A DNA stretch of 63,985 bases, counting the filler, from Hyphochytrium catenoides (taxonomy: Eukaryota; Protista; Hyphochytriomycota): assembly GCA_900088475.1 (NCBI GenBank). It is 18 parts of 18 records of this genome, joined end to end, with 100 filler letters (N's around TTAATTAATTAA, not from the genome) between each part and the next. Parts side by side here need not be neighbours in the genome. Positions count along the whole stretch, not along the records: positions 45,955 to 51,890 come from FLMG01003174.1; positions 51,991 to 53,026 come from FLMG01001300.1; positions 53,127 to 56,296 come from FLMG01004744.1; positions 56,397 to 57,920 come from FLMG01003076.1; positions 58,021 to 62,384 come from FLMG01001506.1; 13 more parts are not named here. One strand, given 5' to 3'. Positions 50,101-62,384 of this stretch are shown piece by piece. Within the stretch, counting starts at the first letter, position 1. Each line of letters opens with the position of its first letter. A program made the position numbers and the translations under genes. The notes below the pieces were generated by a model. The model saw only the letters and a list, made by a program, of their open reading frames with translations. It did not search any database and was not told the DNA's origin.

Positions 50101-50979
50101 TAGTATCAGAGATATGCATGGGAGTTGTCATAAAGGTTATTGATCTGAATAAGTGTCATTCTGAATGTCTCTGTCCATCTTCAAGATGGCCCCACCCATC
50201 GGTGCAATTGATGAACGTTTCCCTCTGACTAGCAGTCTGCCCTTTAATGGAAGCCCCACCCATCCCGCACAGCTCCTGCTCTGTCTCCCAAAACCAAGCT
50301 CCCAAGCTCCCCTTCCCTTTTCCAACCCCTATGACAAACGCCACGGGGCCATTTATCTAATTCCCACAGTCACAGAGAGGGCGGTTAAGGCTCAGGACTT
50401 ACGTGCCCCTTACAGCGGCAGGATCTTCCTTCTCCGGCGCTGGATTTGAATCATAGTGTGGGAATTCTTGATCCCGGAGGATGTCTGCATGGAATTATTT
50501 ATGTTTGAGGAGCTCTCATAGAAGGCGAAAGCGCCACAAAACACCAAACGAAAAACCCCTGGCTCTCGCGCAGAGGAATTCCGTTTTTGGAGTGTGGTTT
50601 TCTGCTTCATAATTACTTCACAAGCCGGACGAATATCGCCTGCTGTCCAAGCTGCCAGATCAAATTCTGCCAACTGACAGAGATTATCGGCAAATAGAGA
50701 AAGTTATTTAAGAATATCTGTGCCGCGCGCGGCCTAGCTAGCATTTATCACAAGCTTATCGCAGCTCTGAAAGCGACTGAAAGCGACCTTCTGTTTACCT
50801 GTACTCAGCAAGTGCTTGGTGGAAGACAAGTGCTCGGAGCTCAAGCAGCAGCTATTACTCAGCTTGGGTAACGGCAGACCACCTTACCAGATCGTCAAGG
50901 ATTACTGTTCAATAGCGTTGTGAAGAAATCTCTTTGGCATGACGATGGCATCGACATCTTGTGAGAGTGGGTTTGCCAG

Positions 50980-51890
50980 ATGGTTGTGATGACTACCTTA
51001 TCATGGATTCGCCATTTGTTCCGGCGGCGCCGGGTAAATACGGAGAATTGCTCTACGATTGGTCACAAACTTGGACCCAGAAGCAAACTATCTAGGGACT
51101 TAGACCAGCCCTCCTCTGGAGTTTCTCCTGACGAAACTACTCGGCCGCCTTTTAGCGTAAAGACAGTAATTCGGACCAAAGCACTACCTTGCAAGGGAGA
51201 AGATGCAGCAGGATACGGTACCTCCTTCTTTGTGGTAGCAGATGGGGTGAGCAACTCGGATGTCCCTTCGTCTAGCCTGTCTCAGGCATTGGTCTCACAT
51301 ATTATTCAGGAGCTCATCAGTCTTTCCCACTACCCAAGCGCTCCCACCTATCAGACTATTCGCGCAGCCATTCTTACGGCTATCTCGGCTGCTAAAGAGC
51401 TTTTACGTACCCGAGGAAGAATGGGCTCCACGCTTAGTATAGGATATGTAGACTTGTCTCGGACGCTACATACCTTCACCTTGGGCGACTCGAAAATTAT
51501 CGTCGTTCGCAATGAGAAGGTAATCTGGGAGAGCTGCAGCGTTATTTATGGGTTTAACACCCCAGCGGTCGTCTCTACGTGTCCAACATCAGACAGCACC
51601 AAAGACCTCCGCTACGAGGCCGTGAAGTTGGAAGAAGGAGACTACGTCTTAGCTTTCACGGATGGGATATCGGATAATCTTTATATAGCTGAGGTCCTCG
51701 AAATCGTTAACCAATATGCTAGAGGAAGTCTAACTCAAGTAGCCCAACAGCTTATCCTGGCTGCGGAAAGAAAGTCGAAGACTCCAGGTCGCAATTCCCC
51801 CTTTAGTGTCCAAGCTACGAATGCGCATATGGAGCTCATATGTGCGCAGCAGTCCAAAACGTTGCGTACTGCCGACAAGATTGATTTGGG
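50980..51890 (+). CDS. PP2C-family phosphatase, PTC7-like, 3' truncated
   Basis: One long exon carries GEDA, VADGV, GST, LGDS, FNTP, TDGISDNL and SPF motifs and runs into the linker. Confidence 0.88.
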
Positions 51891-53309
51891 NNNNNNNNNN
51901 NNNNNNNNNNNNNNNNNNNNNNNNNNNNNNNNNNTTAATTAATTAANNNNNNNNNNNNNNNNNNNNNNNNNNNNNNNNNNNNNNNNNNNNCCCCGCTGCA
52001 GACAAGTAGACGGAACTCAACACTTGCAGATTCATCACAGCTTCCTCCTACTTTGGGGGGAGGGGTATCATCGAGGCGCTGAGATCTCTGTCTGCTGGTC
52101 AGGCGCCTGGCCGGTCTACTTTATATCCAGTTGAGAAGAAGCCACTGCCCAGCCTTTCCCTAGAAAGGTCCGAGGAGGCCAAGCTGGGGATCACTGTTCT
52201 TAACCACCAAGAAGAACGCTCTCAAGTAATAATATTGCTGCCCATCATCAATGAAGAATCAGGCTGATCCGCTGGCTCTTTCTTTGGGGAGAGGGAGCAG
52301 AGAGTTCGCGACGAAGGGATAAACGCCACTACCACCGGACGGCTCCTCTTTTACAGCTCAAATATCGACAGTGGCTGAAGTTGACTGATGACGATAGGCC
52401 CCAAAGCGGATCAGCAGGAGAGTTAAATTCACTTTCCTTGTTTCCAGTTGGAGCCTGCTGATGCGCTCGTTTTTTCTCGTTGGACTCGTTCGATGCTCTG
52501 TGCTGTGTGAAGGATAATACCTCCTATTTCAGTTGATTCTACTGTCCGTCAGTCATGGCAGCTTGGCGGTTGACTCTTTGTCCCTACAATCTTTCACACC
52601 GCCGCCGCTCTCTTTCCCGTTCAGGTAGGAGCGGAATGGAGCTGCCATTCTGTGCGCTTTACCGCATTGAAACGGTCACCCTACAGAGTCTGTGCATTAT
52701 GAAGTCTGATGCTTGTGTTACCTGGCACTTTTTCATTCATCGGCTGCTGGGCCCTGGTGAGATGTTGAGAGGACGCTGACAAATGTCCCACTCGTCGAAC
52801 TCCTTCTTTCATCACTCGAGAAGCAGCTCTTGTCTTCATTAAGGGTTAGGGCTCAAGTCTATCAGGTTAGCTCTCGCTCTTTTTATTGTGTCTCTGTTTT
52901 TCCCCTCTCTATCCAGTCCACTCTTATTTTGGCTTGTCCTCTCTCCTTCCCTACTAAGCACACCCTCGCTCTATGCCTGTTGAGAGCAGTCCGGTCACGA
53001 CGTACCAACCGGCGCGCTAACAGAGGNNNNNNNNNNNNNNNNNNNNNNNNNNNNNNNNNNNNNNNNNNNNTTAATTAATTAANNNNNNNNNNNNNNNNNN
53101 NNNNNNNNNNNNNNNNNNNNNNNNNNGAGAGAGAGAGAGAAGAGAGAGAGAGAACCCTGTGAATAATTTACTTTGTAGGCTTGAACTTTGACAGAGAGAA
53201 GAGAGCGAAGAATGAGTGGAGAGATGGCGGGGAGAGAAAGAGGCGGAGAGAAAGAGGCGGAGAAAAAGAGGGCGAGAGAGAGAGAAGGGAGAGAGAGAGA
53301 GAGAGTTAC

Positions 53310-53512
53310 CGATGACACGCAGTTTGGTCCTCTCAACTTCGTTCTCCAGCTCTTGCGCTCTCACTGTCTCCTCTCTAGCCCTGACTGCCGCCTGAAGACG
53401 CGCCTCTTCCTCCAGTCTCGCTTTCTCAGCAGCAGCCACAGCGGCAGCCGTGGCCTCTGCCGCAGCTGAGAGAAGCCGAGCCGCCACGTCTGTCAAATAA
53501 AAGGAGAGAAAG

Positions 53513-53543
<31 letters not shown>

Positions 53544-53676
53544 GAAGAGGATGAGTTAGCAAGGAGAAACTGCAGACATTATAGAGTGATCAAAGTACCT
53601 GCTGAGAGTTCAGAGTTATCCGTTGAGTGATTTACTTTGCGGCTGGCAAGAAGGCATCCTGGAAGACAACAAATGG

Positions 53677-53722
<46 letters not shown>

Positions 53723-53849
53723 AGAGACTGGACTTAGTTTGTCCCTTCTTCATTCCTTCGTCGCATCTCTTCCACTCAATTCGTTCTTGGGTCTGGTTTC
53801 GCATGGTCTACCGTGTGACTCTCTGAGGCAAGGTCGATACGTCTTCATG

Positions 53850-53889
<40 letters not shown>

Positions 53890-53987
53890 CTCTCTCCTCC
53901 CTCTTTCTAATCCTTCCTTTCTTCTGTCTTCTCTCTTTCTGTCTTTTTTTCTCCCCTCTTGGACTCGCTGTTTCTCTTCTTTCCTCG

Positions 53988-54024
<37 letters not shown>

Positions 54025-54387
54025 CTTTCTCTTCTTACCTGAGCATATTCTCAGCTTGACCTCGGTGCCATTCTCCAACTCCACCTTCTTATAGACAGAG
54101 CAGTGGCCGCAGACCACCTCGCCGCACTTGCGACAGTTGTGCTTGAAGCGCAGCGCGTGGAAGCCTCGCGTGCATACATAACAACAGTCTCTCTCTGTGT
54201 GGCTGACCCATTGTGAGCGTGTGACGAAGTCTTTCAGCGCCAATCGAGCGTCTTCTCTCTCTTTCTCTCTCTCCTGGTTTGCGCTCTGGTTCGAGGACTT
54301 GTCTCTCTCTCTCTTCTCCGGTGTAGGGGATGGAGAGAAGATGAGAGGAGAGCCTGTAGGGAGAGAGGTGGGAAGAAAGAGCTCCAT
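53310..54387 (-). CDS. FYVE zinc-finger protein with coiled coil, at least 3 exons, 3' truncated
   Basis: Reads WVSHTERDCCYVCTRGFHALRFKHNCRKCGEVVCGHC...RICS|GCL. The next exon, starting at 53658, supplies the last Cys, and an Ala/Glu-rich coiled-coil exon follows. Confidence 0.85.
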
Positions 54388-55366
54388 AGTTCGGCTCTCT
54401 TTTCTCTCTCTCTCTCGATTTTCCTCTTTTCTGGACGTACACTCTCTCTCTCTTTCTCTCTGTTGTTTCTTTCCTCGCTGTCGGGAATGCGGGGAAGAAA
54501 GAGAAGTGAAAGGGAAACGCAGAAAGCTTAACTCCTGCCTATATAGACAGAGAGAGAGGGAGAAAGAGACGATATAAGACGGGGAAGGATAGAAAGTGGT
54601 GATATAAACAAAAGAGAGGTGCGCGGGCGTGGCGCAGTCGCTGTCTCTCTCTCCTTTGTCGGTTCAGAAGATCTGAGCGATACACTTCTTCGAAGGGGGA
54701 AGTGGCGAGAGAGAGAGAGAGAGAGATGACAGAGATGAGAGCAAGGCAAGGAAAGAAAATAGGAATGAAGAGACGCGAGGGAGAGAGAGAGAAAGAGAAA
54801 TGTGGGAGAGACAGGGAAGATGCAGCCCCAGATGCGAATGGATCAGCGTCCAAATAAAAAGTATGACAATGCCATTCACGGGCAGGCCCGCTTCTTTCCT
54901 CTCTCTTCCTTTCTCTCCGCAGTTCGCTCCCAAAGGAGAGAGAGAGAAAGGGAGAGAGAGAGAGAGAGAGAAGAGAGAAAAAGTGGGAGAGAGAGACCTT
55001 GGAACCGTATAAGAGAAAGGGAACAGAGGAGCCCACAGCACTGTCTGGTGTGGCCGCAGAATGGTGGCGATAGCCGCAGGTTTGACAACCAAGAGAGAGA
55101 GAGAGAGAGAGATGACAAGGGAGAGGTAGGAGAGAGAGATACGCCCACTGTGCTAACGGCATGAGAACCACGAAGACACGAGAGAGAGAGGAGAAAGTGA
55201 AAAGAAAGGGTGGAAGAAAACAAGATTCATGTAGAGAGAGAGAGAGAAGAGAGACAAAAGAGAAGAGAGAGAAAGAGAGGCAATAAGAGAAAAGGAGAGA
55301 GAGGGAGAGAGGGAGAGAGGGAGAGAGGGCGAGAGGGAGAGAGGGCGAGAGAGAGACGGAGAGAGA

Positions 55367-55427
<61 letters not shown>

Positions 55428-56264
55428 TGCGAACGGTGTTGCATCTCTAAATCTCTCCTCTCTTCTACTTTCCTATTGGTTAATTATCAGGTAATGTTGA
55501 AGCTACCTAAATAGTAAATGAGGTGCTAGTCAGGGATGGGGCGGTTAATTCTCAGGGAGGGAGGACGTTATCCTGTCAAAGGCCTGATGGCTCGTATCAT
55601 GTCAATGGTGATGGCTGCCCATCATCTCAGAGGTCCCCCTGGATCAACAAAGGGTGGGTGGGTATTTCTTTCTGCTTGACTGGCTAACATTACCAAACGG
55701 CGTGTGGGGGATTTATGTGACTATTAATACACTGTCCCTTATGTTAGGATAGCTCTAATCCTTTCACTTCTTCATAGTCGTGCTGACCCCTGTAGAGGGC
55801 TGGCCTCCCCACTTCAGCATGGCGGTTACAAGCACAAAGGACGAACGACTACCAAGACAGAGCCAAGTCAACTGTCAAGAAAGAGCGTACAAGAGATATG
55901 AGATCTAATAGCCATTTCGATAGGTTAGTTGTCATACAGACTGCACGTAAGGTGGACCGACTATCACAGTCGATATTCGTGTGTGAGAAACAAAAAGGTA
56001 AATGAGAAGAAGACAGAATATGGTTACAGACAGGAGTAGACTGGGTAAATGCATTGGAGATCAAAGACAGAGCAGCGAAGAGGTATAAAAACGACATCGC
56101 CATAAAAGGCAGAACTCAGAAGTGAACTATCCACGGCGAGGAGAGCCAGAATGCCAAAAGGTATAGTTTTCTCATAGAAAGGTAGCAGTTACAGACAGAA
56201 AGAGTCTGGAGAGATCCACTCTTTCTCTCAGTTTCCATCTCCACTCGTCGACACCATACCCAGA

Positions 56265-56296
<32 letters not shown>

Positions 56297-56396
56297 NNNN
56301 NNNNNNNNNNNNNNNNNNNNNNNNNNNNNNNNNNNNNNNNTTAATTAATTAANNNNNNNNNNNNNNNNNNNNNNNNNNNNNNNNNNNNNNNNNNNN

Positions 56397-56802
56397 TCCA
56401 TAAGTCAGTTGCTGTCTCTCCTTGACCAAGAGAGAGAGAGAGGCCATCCAACTCTTCTTCTCTTCCTCATTTTTGAGGAGAAGACAGTAAAGCTTTCGAG
56501 GAGCAATCGCTAGGAGAAGGCCGTGCGAATAGTTGTGCAAGAGACTGCAGAAGAAAGAGAGAGAGAGAGCCAGGGAGAGAGAGAGAGAGAGAGAGGGGGA
56601 GAGAGAGTTAGGTTGAGAAGAAACGAGACGAAGGGAAGAGAAAAGAGAGGAGAAGAGCGAGAAACAGAGAGAACGAAAGCAAGAGAGACAGAGAGAAAGA
56701 GAGAGGAGCATTACGTTAGTGTACCAGGAACATTCGAGAAAAAGAGAAAAGCAAGGGGAGAGAGAAGCAAAGCGAGGAAGTGAAAAAGAAACGAGAGAGA
56801 AG

Positions 56803-56834
<32 letters not shown>

Positions 56835-56976
56835 CAGACGGGGCGCACCCTTTCCCATCCCAATCCTTCACATTCACAACCGCGCCTTGGACAGCGATGG
56901 CGCGGACATTTCTGGCTCGGGCCGCGGCCTCATCTCCATAGATTGTGAAGACAGAGCCAGAGAGAGATGCGTATCC
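56397..56976 (-). CDS. PH-domain protein fragment
   Basis: Two exons give YASLSGSVFTIY...VKDWDGK and NYSHGLLLAI..RKLYCL..NEEEKKSWMASL, the latter resembling the PH C-terminal helix with its conserved Trp. Confidence 0.55.
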
Positions 56977-58020
56977 TTGGTTACTAGTAAAGGAAGAAAA
57001 GAGACAGATCAGAGAGAGAGAGAGTAAAAAAGAGAGAGAGAGAGAGAGAGACCAGAGCAGCAGCAGGGATAGAAGGGCAAGTACAGATGAGGGCAGACAG
57101 GAGCAACAGTTAGAAGAGAGACGAAGCGGAAGAGAGAGAGAGAGAGGCACGCAGTAGCGGGTGTAGATTAAAAAAAGAAAGACGAGAGAGATAAACAGAG
57201 CGAGAGAGAGAGACAGAGAGATTGGGAGGAGTGAGGGACAAAAGTAACGAAAAGTGAGGAAATGGAGAAAGAGAAGGCAAACAGAGAGTAGAAAGAGGAG
57301 AGAGCCAAGGAAATAAGCTATTTGACGGAGATGGGAAGAGGAAAAGAGAAGAGAGAGAAAGAGGGAAAGACTGATAAGAAGAAGAACTATGCGAAGACAT
57401 GAAAAGAGGGAAAGAGAGAGCCGTCAAGAGACTGATCCTGCCAAAAGAGAGAGAAAAGAGGGAAAAGTTGCCTTACAAATAGAGCTTGCCCATTGCTGAG
57501 ACCCCAGAAAGAGAGGAGAAAGAGAGGAGAAAGAGAGGAGAAAGAGAGAGAAAGAGAGGGAGAGAAAGAAAGAGAGAGAAGAAGTGCGTCAGTTTGAGAT
57601 CTCGTGGACCATCTGCGGATGGAGAGGAAGAGGAGGAGAATAAAGAGAAGAGAGAGGGAAGATATTGGGCCAAAAGCATGCAGGACGAAGCTAAAAGCAC
57701 AGAACGAGCCCGAGCGGAGAGAAAGGAGAGAGAGACAGAGAGAGAGAGAAAAAGAGAAAAGAGAGAGAAAGAGAGGAAGGGAAGCGGAGCGAGAGAGAGA
57801 AGGTCACCTCTGTACCGCACAGGACCAAGTAGAAGTTCCGCTGTTCCTTCTCCTGGGGCAGAGAGAGAGAACGTCTCACTCTCTCCCATCGGCGAGCGCG
57901 GGCTCCCCGGCTCAGCGACCNNNNNNNNNNNNNNNNNNNNNNNNNNNNNNNNNNNNNNNNNNNNTTAATTAATTAANNNNNNNNNNNNNNNNNNNNNNNN
58001 NNNNNNNNNNNNNNNNNNNN

Positions 58021-59720
58021 TGTCTGGGGTTGCTTCTCCTCCTAGACATAAGAAGTGGTCTGCAGCCCGTTTCAGATATCTCAATATCCGCTTCACAGCG
58101 GTCCAGTGAGTCTGTCTAAAGTTAGTCATATGCTGGCTAGCCGATTGTACCGCGAAGGCTATATCCTGCCTGGAGGCTACTACCATCAGATGCATAAGAC
58201 TGCCAACAGCATTCCTGTACGGTATCTTGAGTAAATATTCCTCCTCTTCGGAAGTCAGTGTAGAGAGAGAGTCTGGCTTGGTAGCTTTTCACCAGGCGTA
58301 ACAGGCGTGCTGATTGGGTTACAATCTTCCATGCCATAGCGCTTCAGAAGGTCTTGAATAAATCTTCGTTGGCGAAGGTAATCTTTCGATTCTTTCGATC
58401 CCTAATAACTTCTACTCCTAGGAAGTATTGGAGTTCACCTAAGTCCTTCACATCAAATCTGTCTTTTAGAAGTCCTTTAACTTGATCCGCACGATTGTTG
58501 CTTGGCGCGAAGATCAGCAGGTCCTCTAAGAAAGTCGACACACGATAGTCGGCTTGCCATCCTCCCCGGACCTGTTGATGTAAACGCAAGGTTCACACAA
58601 GCTGGGTTCGAATCTGTTGTCGCGAAGATAACTGTCTAATACTTTGTTCCATTGCCGAGGACCTTGTTTGAGCCCATAGATGCTGCGCTTTAGCTTACAA
58701 ACCAGATGTTCCTGTCCTGGTTGAGCGAATCCCGGGGGTTGGCGCATGTATATGGTCTCGTCAAGATCTCCATGGAGAAAGGCGGTACGAATATCCAGAT
58801 GATGAATCTCAAAGTCATACATCGCTGCTAAAGAGAGGATACATCGGACGGACTCATAGCTGACCACGGGATGGAGCGAAGACCTCGTTGTAATCGGTCC
58901 CCTGTTTCTGATTGTAGCCTTGAGCAAGGAGCCGTGCCTTATAGCGATCGATGGTGCCATCACTTCCATATTTTACGCGAAACACCCATTTACACCCAAT
59001 GACGTTTGCTCCTGGAGGACGTTCAACGAGTTCCCAAACGTCGTGTTGCTCCATAGATGCCATTTCACTGAGGATAGCGGCGTTTCACTCCGACGCATCC
59101 GGTCTAGTAGAAAGAGCCTCCTCTATCGTTCGGGGTTCATTGGGTGATAAGGAGTTGCCAAGGTGATTAGCCATGGAGAAAATAGAGTCTTCTTGGTGAA
59201 GTCGGCGTTTGAAAAGCGGAATGCGGGAGGGAGGTACTTGTTGTGGGGAATCAGTTGCTTTTACTGGGGTTTGGACAAGGGGTTGTTGTAGACTGTCTGG
59301 GCAAACGCGCAGGTTTTCCCAACGGTCATCGGGAGGTGAACACGGATCTATCGAAGCTGAATTGTTGGTATCGCATACGGTGTTGCTGGTTCAGGGGCTG
59401 GCAAGGGGCGGGCAGCAGTATCGGGTTGTTTGGCGAGGTATTCGTTGGGGGGAGGCACTTGGATGGACATATGTTGATCAGAATCCCCTTTACGAGTCGG
59501 ATTGTTAGGGAGGGAGCTGTCTTCCTCGCTAAGGACATCAAAGAGATGGAGTACGGAGTCACGCAGCTGAGGCGAGGTTTGAAGTAGCGAACCAAATTCC
59601 CCTTCAGCAAACACAACATCCCTACGCTCCATGATGGTACCACTCTCTCTGTCATAAAGTCGATAGGCCTTTGAGTTCTCTGGGTACCCAACGAATTATG
59701 TAAGGCTTTGACTTGGGGTT
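58021..59720 (-). mobile_element. Ty1/copia fragment (integrase SH3 tail + reverse transcriptase), inactive
   Basis: Contains FVGYPENSKAYRLYD, VWELV, CKWVF, YKARL, LDIRTAFLHG, LKRSIYGLKQ and HWTAVKRILRYLK. It has several frameshifts and the catalytic YVDD has decayed to FLED. Confidence 0.95.
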
Positions 59721-62384
59721 CATTGAAAGCATCAGCTTATAGGCGTCAACGAATTTAAACCACCCCATTCTTTGCTTCTCCCCCAGCCACCCTGCGACTC
59801 CGGAAGCCTGAAGCAGATTTTACCGAATGCCTGTCAGGAGGAAGAGAGGCAAAAGGCCGAAGAACATACTGCGTCAGAATTATTATTGGTGCTACTTCCT
59901 ACTACTACTATACATGTTAGAATCCACTTTTACCGCCACAACGTAAAAACAGAATCATCGTGTCCTAAATTCACCAAAAAACAATAGTCATCAGAGGTGT
60001 CCATCAGACCGCTTCTTCCTTACCTCTATAAAACCCATATAGTCGGCAGTCCTCAGACCTACCGGCTCGTCGTCGAATATCCTTCGCATCCTGGAGGACT
60101 GGATATCTGGATTCAGTTTCCAAGAGCGAACTTCCTTCGCAATTTGCTTGACGGCAACTCTAGATAGAACTGACTCATGTTTAAATTCTCCTTCCTCTGC
60201 CTCAATCGGGTTCTTCCCATCAAGCATTCGATTCACCATACTTCGGCCGACATTGAGCGTATGCATCGGATCTGCACCTGTTAGAAGGAAGAAGAAAAAT
60301 AGAGAGGAGAGGTCAGAAAAGAAGATGAGCTCCATCAGAGGAGGGTTGTGAACAGTACTGCAAGCTATTTTTGTCCTAGTGCTCTAGCTCCTAATGTAAC
60401 CAAGCCCAAATAGAAGAAGTCGTGATACTACGAACCACCTAGAAGAAGAGGAAGCCCTTGAGGGATGTTCATGATGCACGAAGCAGGCTATCCAAATCAA
60501 CCAACACCACCTACCCCCCACAGCACTAACCTTCCATCACCTCGTAGTTATAGTTCGATAGAGAAAGGAAGTCAGTCTTCCTTCTCTGCTCTTAAAAGCA
60601 GGAGTCTGAGAGCAGCGGTGGTTTATAGGAAAGAAGAGTTATCGTCACGGATTAAATAGCATATAAGAAAGAGATAGAGCTCCGTCCCTCTTTCACACTT
60701 CTTGAGCCCGAGTTCTTTTGTTGTGGGTGGTCCTTACTATATAGAGCTATTTTATGTGCCTCTGCCGCCATCTTGCGCTTCTTTCCTATCCCGTTTCTTT
60801 CGAGCAAACCGATATTGACAGTCAAATATAGCACTGACGCTGCATCTCCTTAAGGACTGCAGAAGAGCTTTACCTACTACCTACCTTTACTTTGTGAAGA
60901 CTTGTAGTGCTCATGAGAGACTCGCCGATATTCAGGCATCTTAAAGATGTGGAGGTCAGGGTATATGTCTTATTGAATTGACGATCACGGATGCCGATAG
61001 CAAACTCGCAATCTCCACAAGCACTCCCCAAAGAACCCTGGCCAGTAAAGCCATGAATCTGGCAGAAAGAAGAAGGGTGCGAAGGTAAAAGACCAAAAGT
61101 GGGAATAGTTTACGGCATGGAGGAAGAGAGCCAACGACGGTAAAAAGAAGGGAGGGGTTAGTAAATATGAAGGTAAAGCCATCAAGATAATCCCCACGCT
61201 TTTTGACGACGTTGCTCGTTGGGTAGCATGATGGCTGATAGTGAGAGAAAGAGAGCTGCAGAAGAGAAGAGTAATGATAAGAAGAAGAGGAACATAGAAG
61301 AGGCCTCAGGCGCCGCGGAAGATGAGCGAGTAGCAGTAAGCAAGGAGATTCCACACCAGTCTCTGAAACAATTCAAAGAGTAGCAGCAGAGACTGTTCGA
61401 GCACTCATCGTGGGGATTGTCTACATGCCAAGCTCTCACTACGCCAGAGAATGATAGCAGCAAGCAGGTCTAGAGTGGCGAGCACCGTATAAGTACCTTA
61501 GCATTCGCCGGGTGATCCAAGGACTGGAAGATTGGATAGACCTTACAAGTTCTCAGAACAGGCTGGTTCTCTTCCTCGCGCAAAAAATAGCTTTCGTACT
61601 GAAAGCCATGCGTTTGTAGGTAGAGCAGCTCGTTCACAATTGGTTCAAAGTAGGAATTCAGGTCCATCGTTTTGGTTGCCCTTGGAATCACTGTCAGCAA
61701 AGGCATTCACTCGGCCTTTATGCGTTCCGAATGAGGAAGATTTGCTATCTGTGGGAGCACTGGCCACAGGCTGAGAGAACCCTTCTTCCAAGGAGAGAAG
61801 CCATCAGTGTTAAATATCAGTACGTTATTTTCAAGTGCGAATCCCCCGCCATACTTCTCTTGATAGTTGTAGACATGCTCGCGCCACCCCGGAGAGTCAT
61901 CGATGTCAGACATAGGGGTGTCTGGTCTATGGTGCTCTATACCTTCTTTTCTCTTCGCATCAAATCGAAGCATCCTTTCGAAGGTGATCGACATAAAGTA
62001 CACTCGAAGAATGGCCTGAAGAGAGATGTACCATGTAAAGGCTCTGGCCTTGCCATTTTCGTCGTAGACTGCTTCACCGCAAATGACAAAATGAGTCCCT
62101 TCATAGTTATAAAAGCCTGCACCCTCTGACGCAACACGCTGACATTCAGGGGACAAGATGAGGGTCACGGAGATAAGTAAGATAAATGGAGCTTGACGGC
62201 CTTACGGCTTTTGGCAGAACACACGTGACGTAAGAACCCTTACAGTGTTTACCTTTCAATTCTTTACTCACCGATAGGGACTGGCTTCACTCCAGCATTA
62301 CGGAAGTAGGCCATGGTCTCTCCAAAAGACTTGCTGTCATTCTCATCTTCTTCTTCATCTGCCTCCTCATAATAACCATAAAGA
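59721..62384 (-). mobile_element. CACTA/EnSpm (Tnp2, Transposase_21-like) intron-containing transposase pseudogene
   Basis: Reads SDIDDSPGW..FNTDGFSPW..SLWPV..IANLP..R..(in-frame TGA)..IP..YFEPIVNEL..DHPA. Later exons carry DPMH and GLRTAD and are bounded by GT-AG sites. Confidence 0.8.

Noticed and set aside
44041-59720. The two copia pieces as halves of one element
   Set aside because: They are on different contigs and both contain the SH3 segment with clearly different sequence, so they are separate copies or families.
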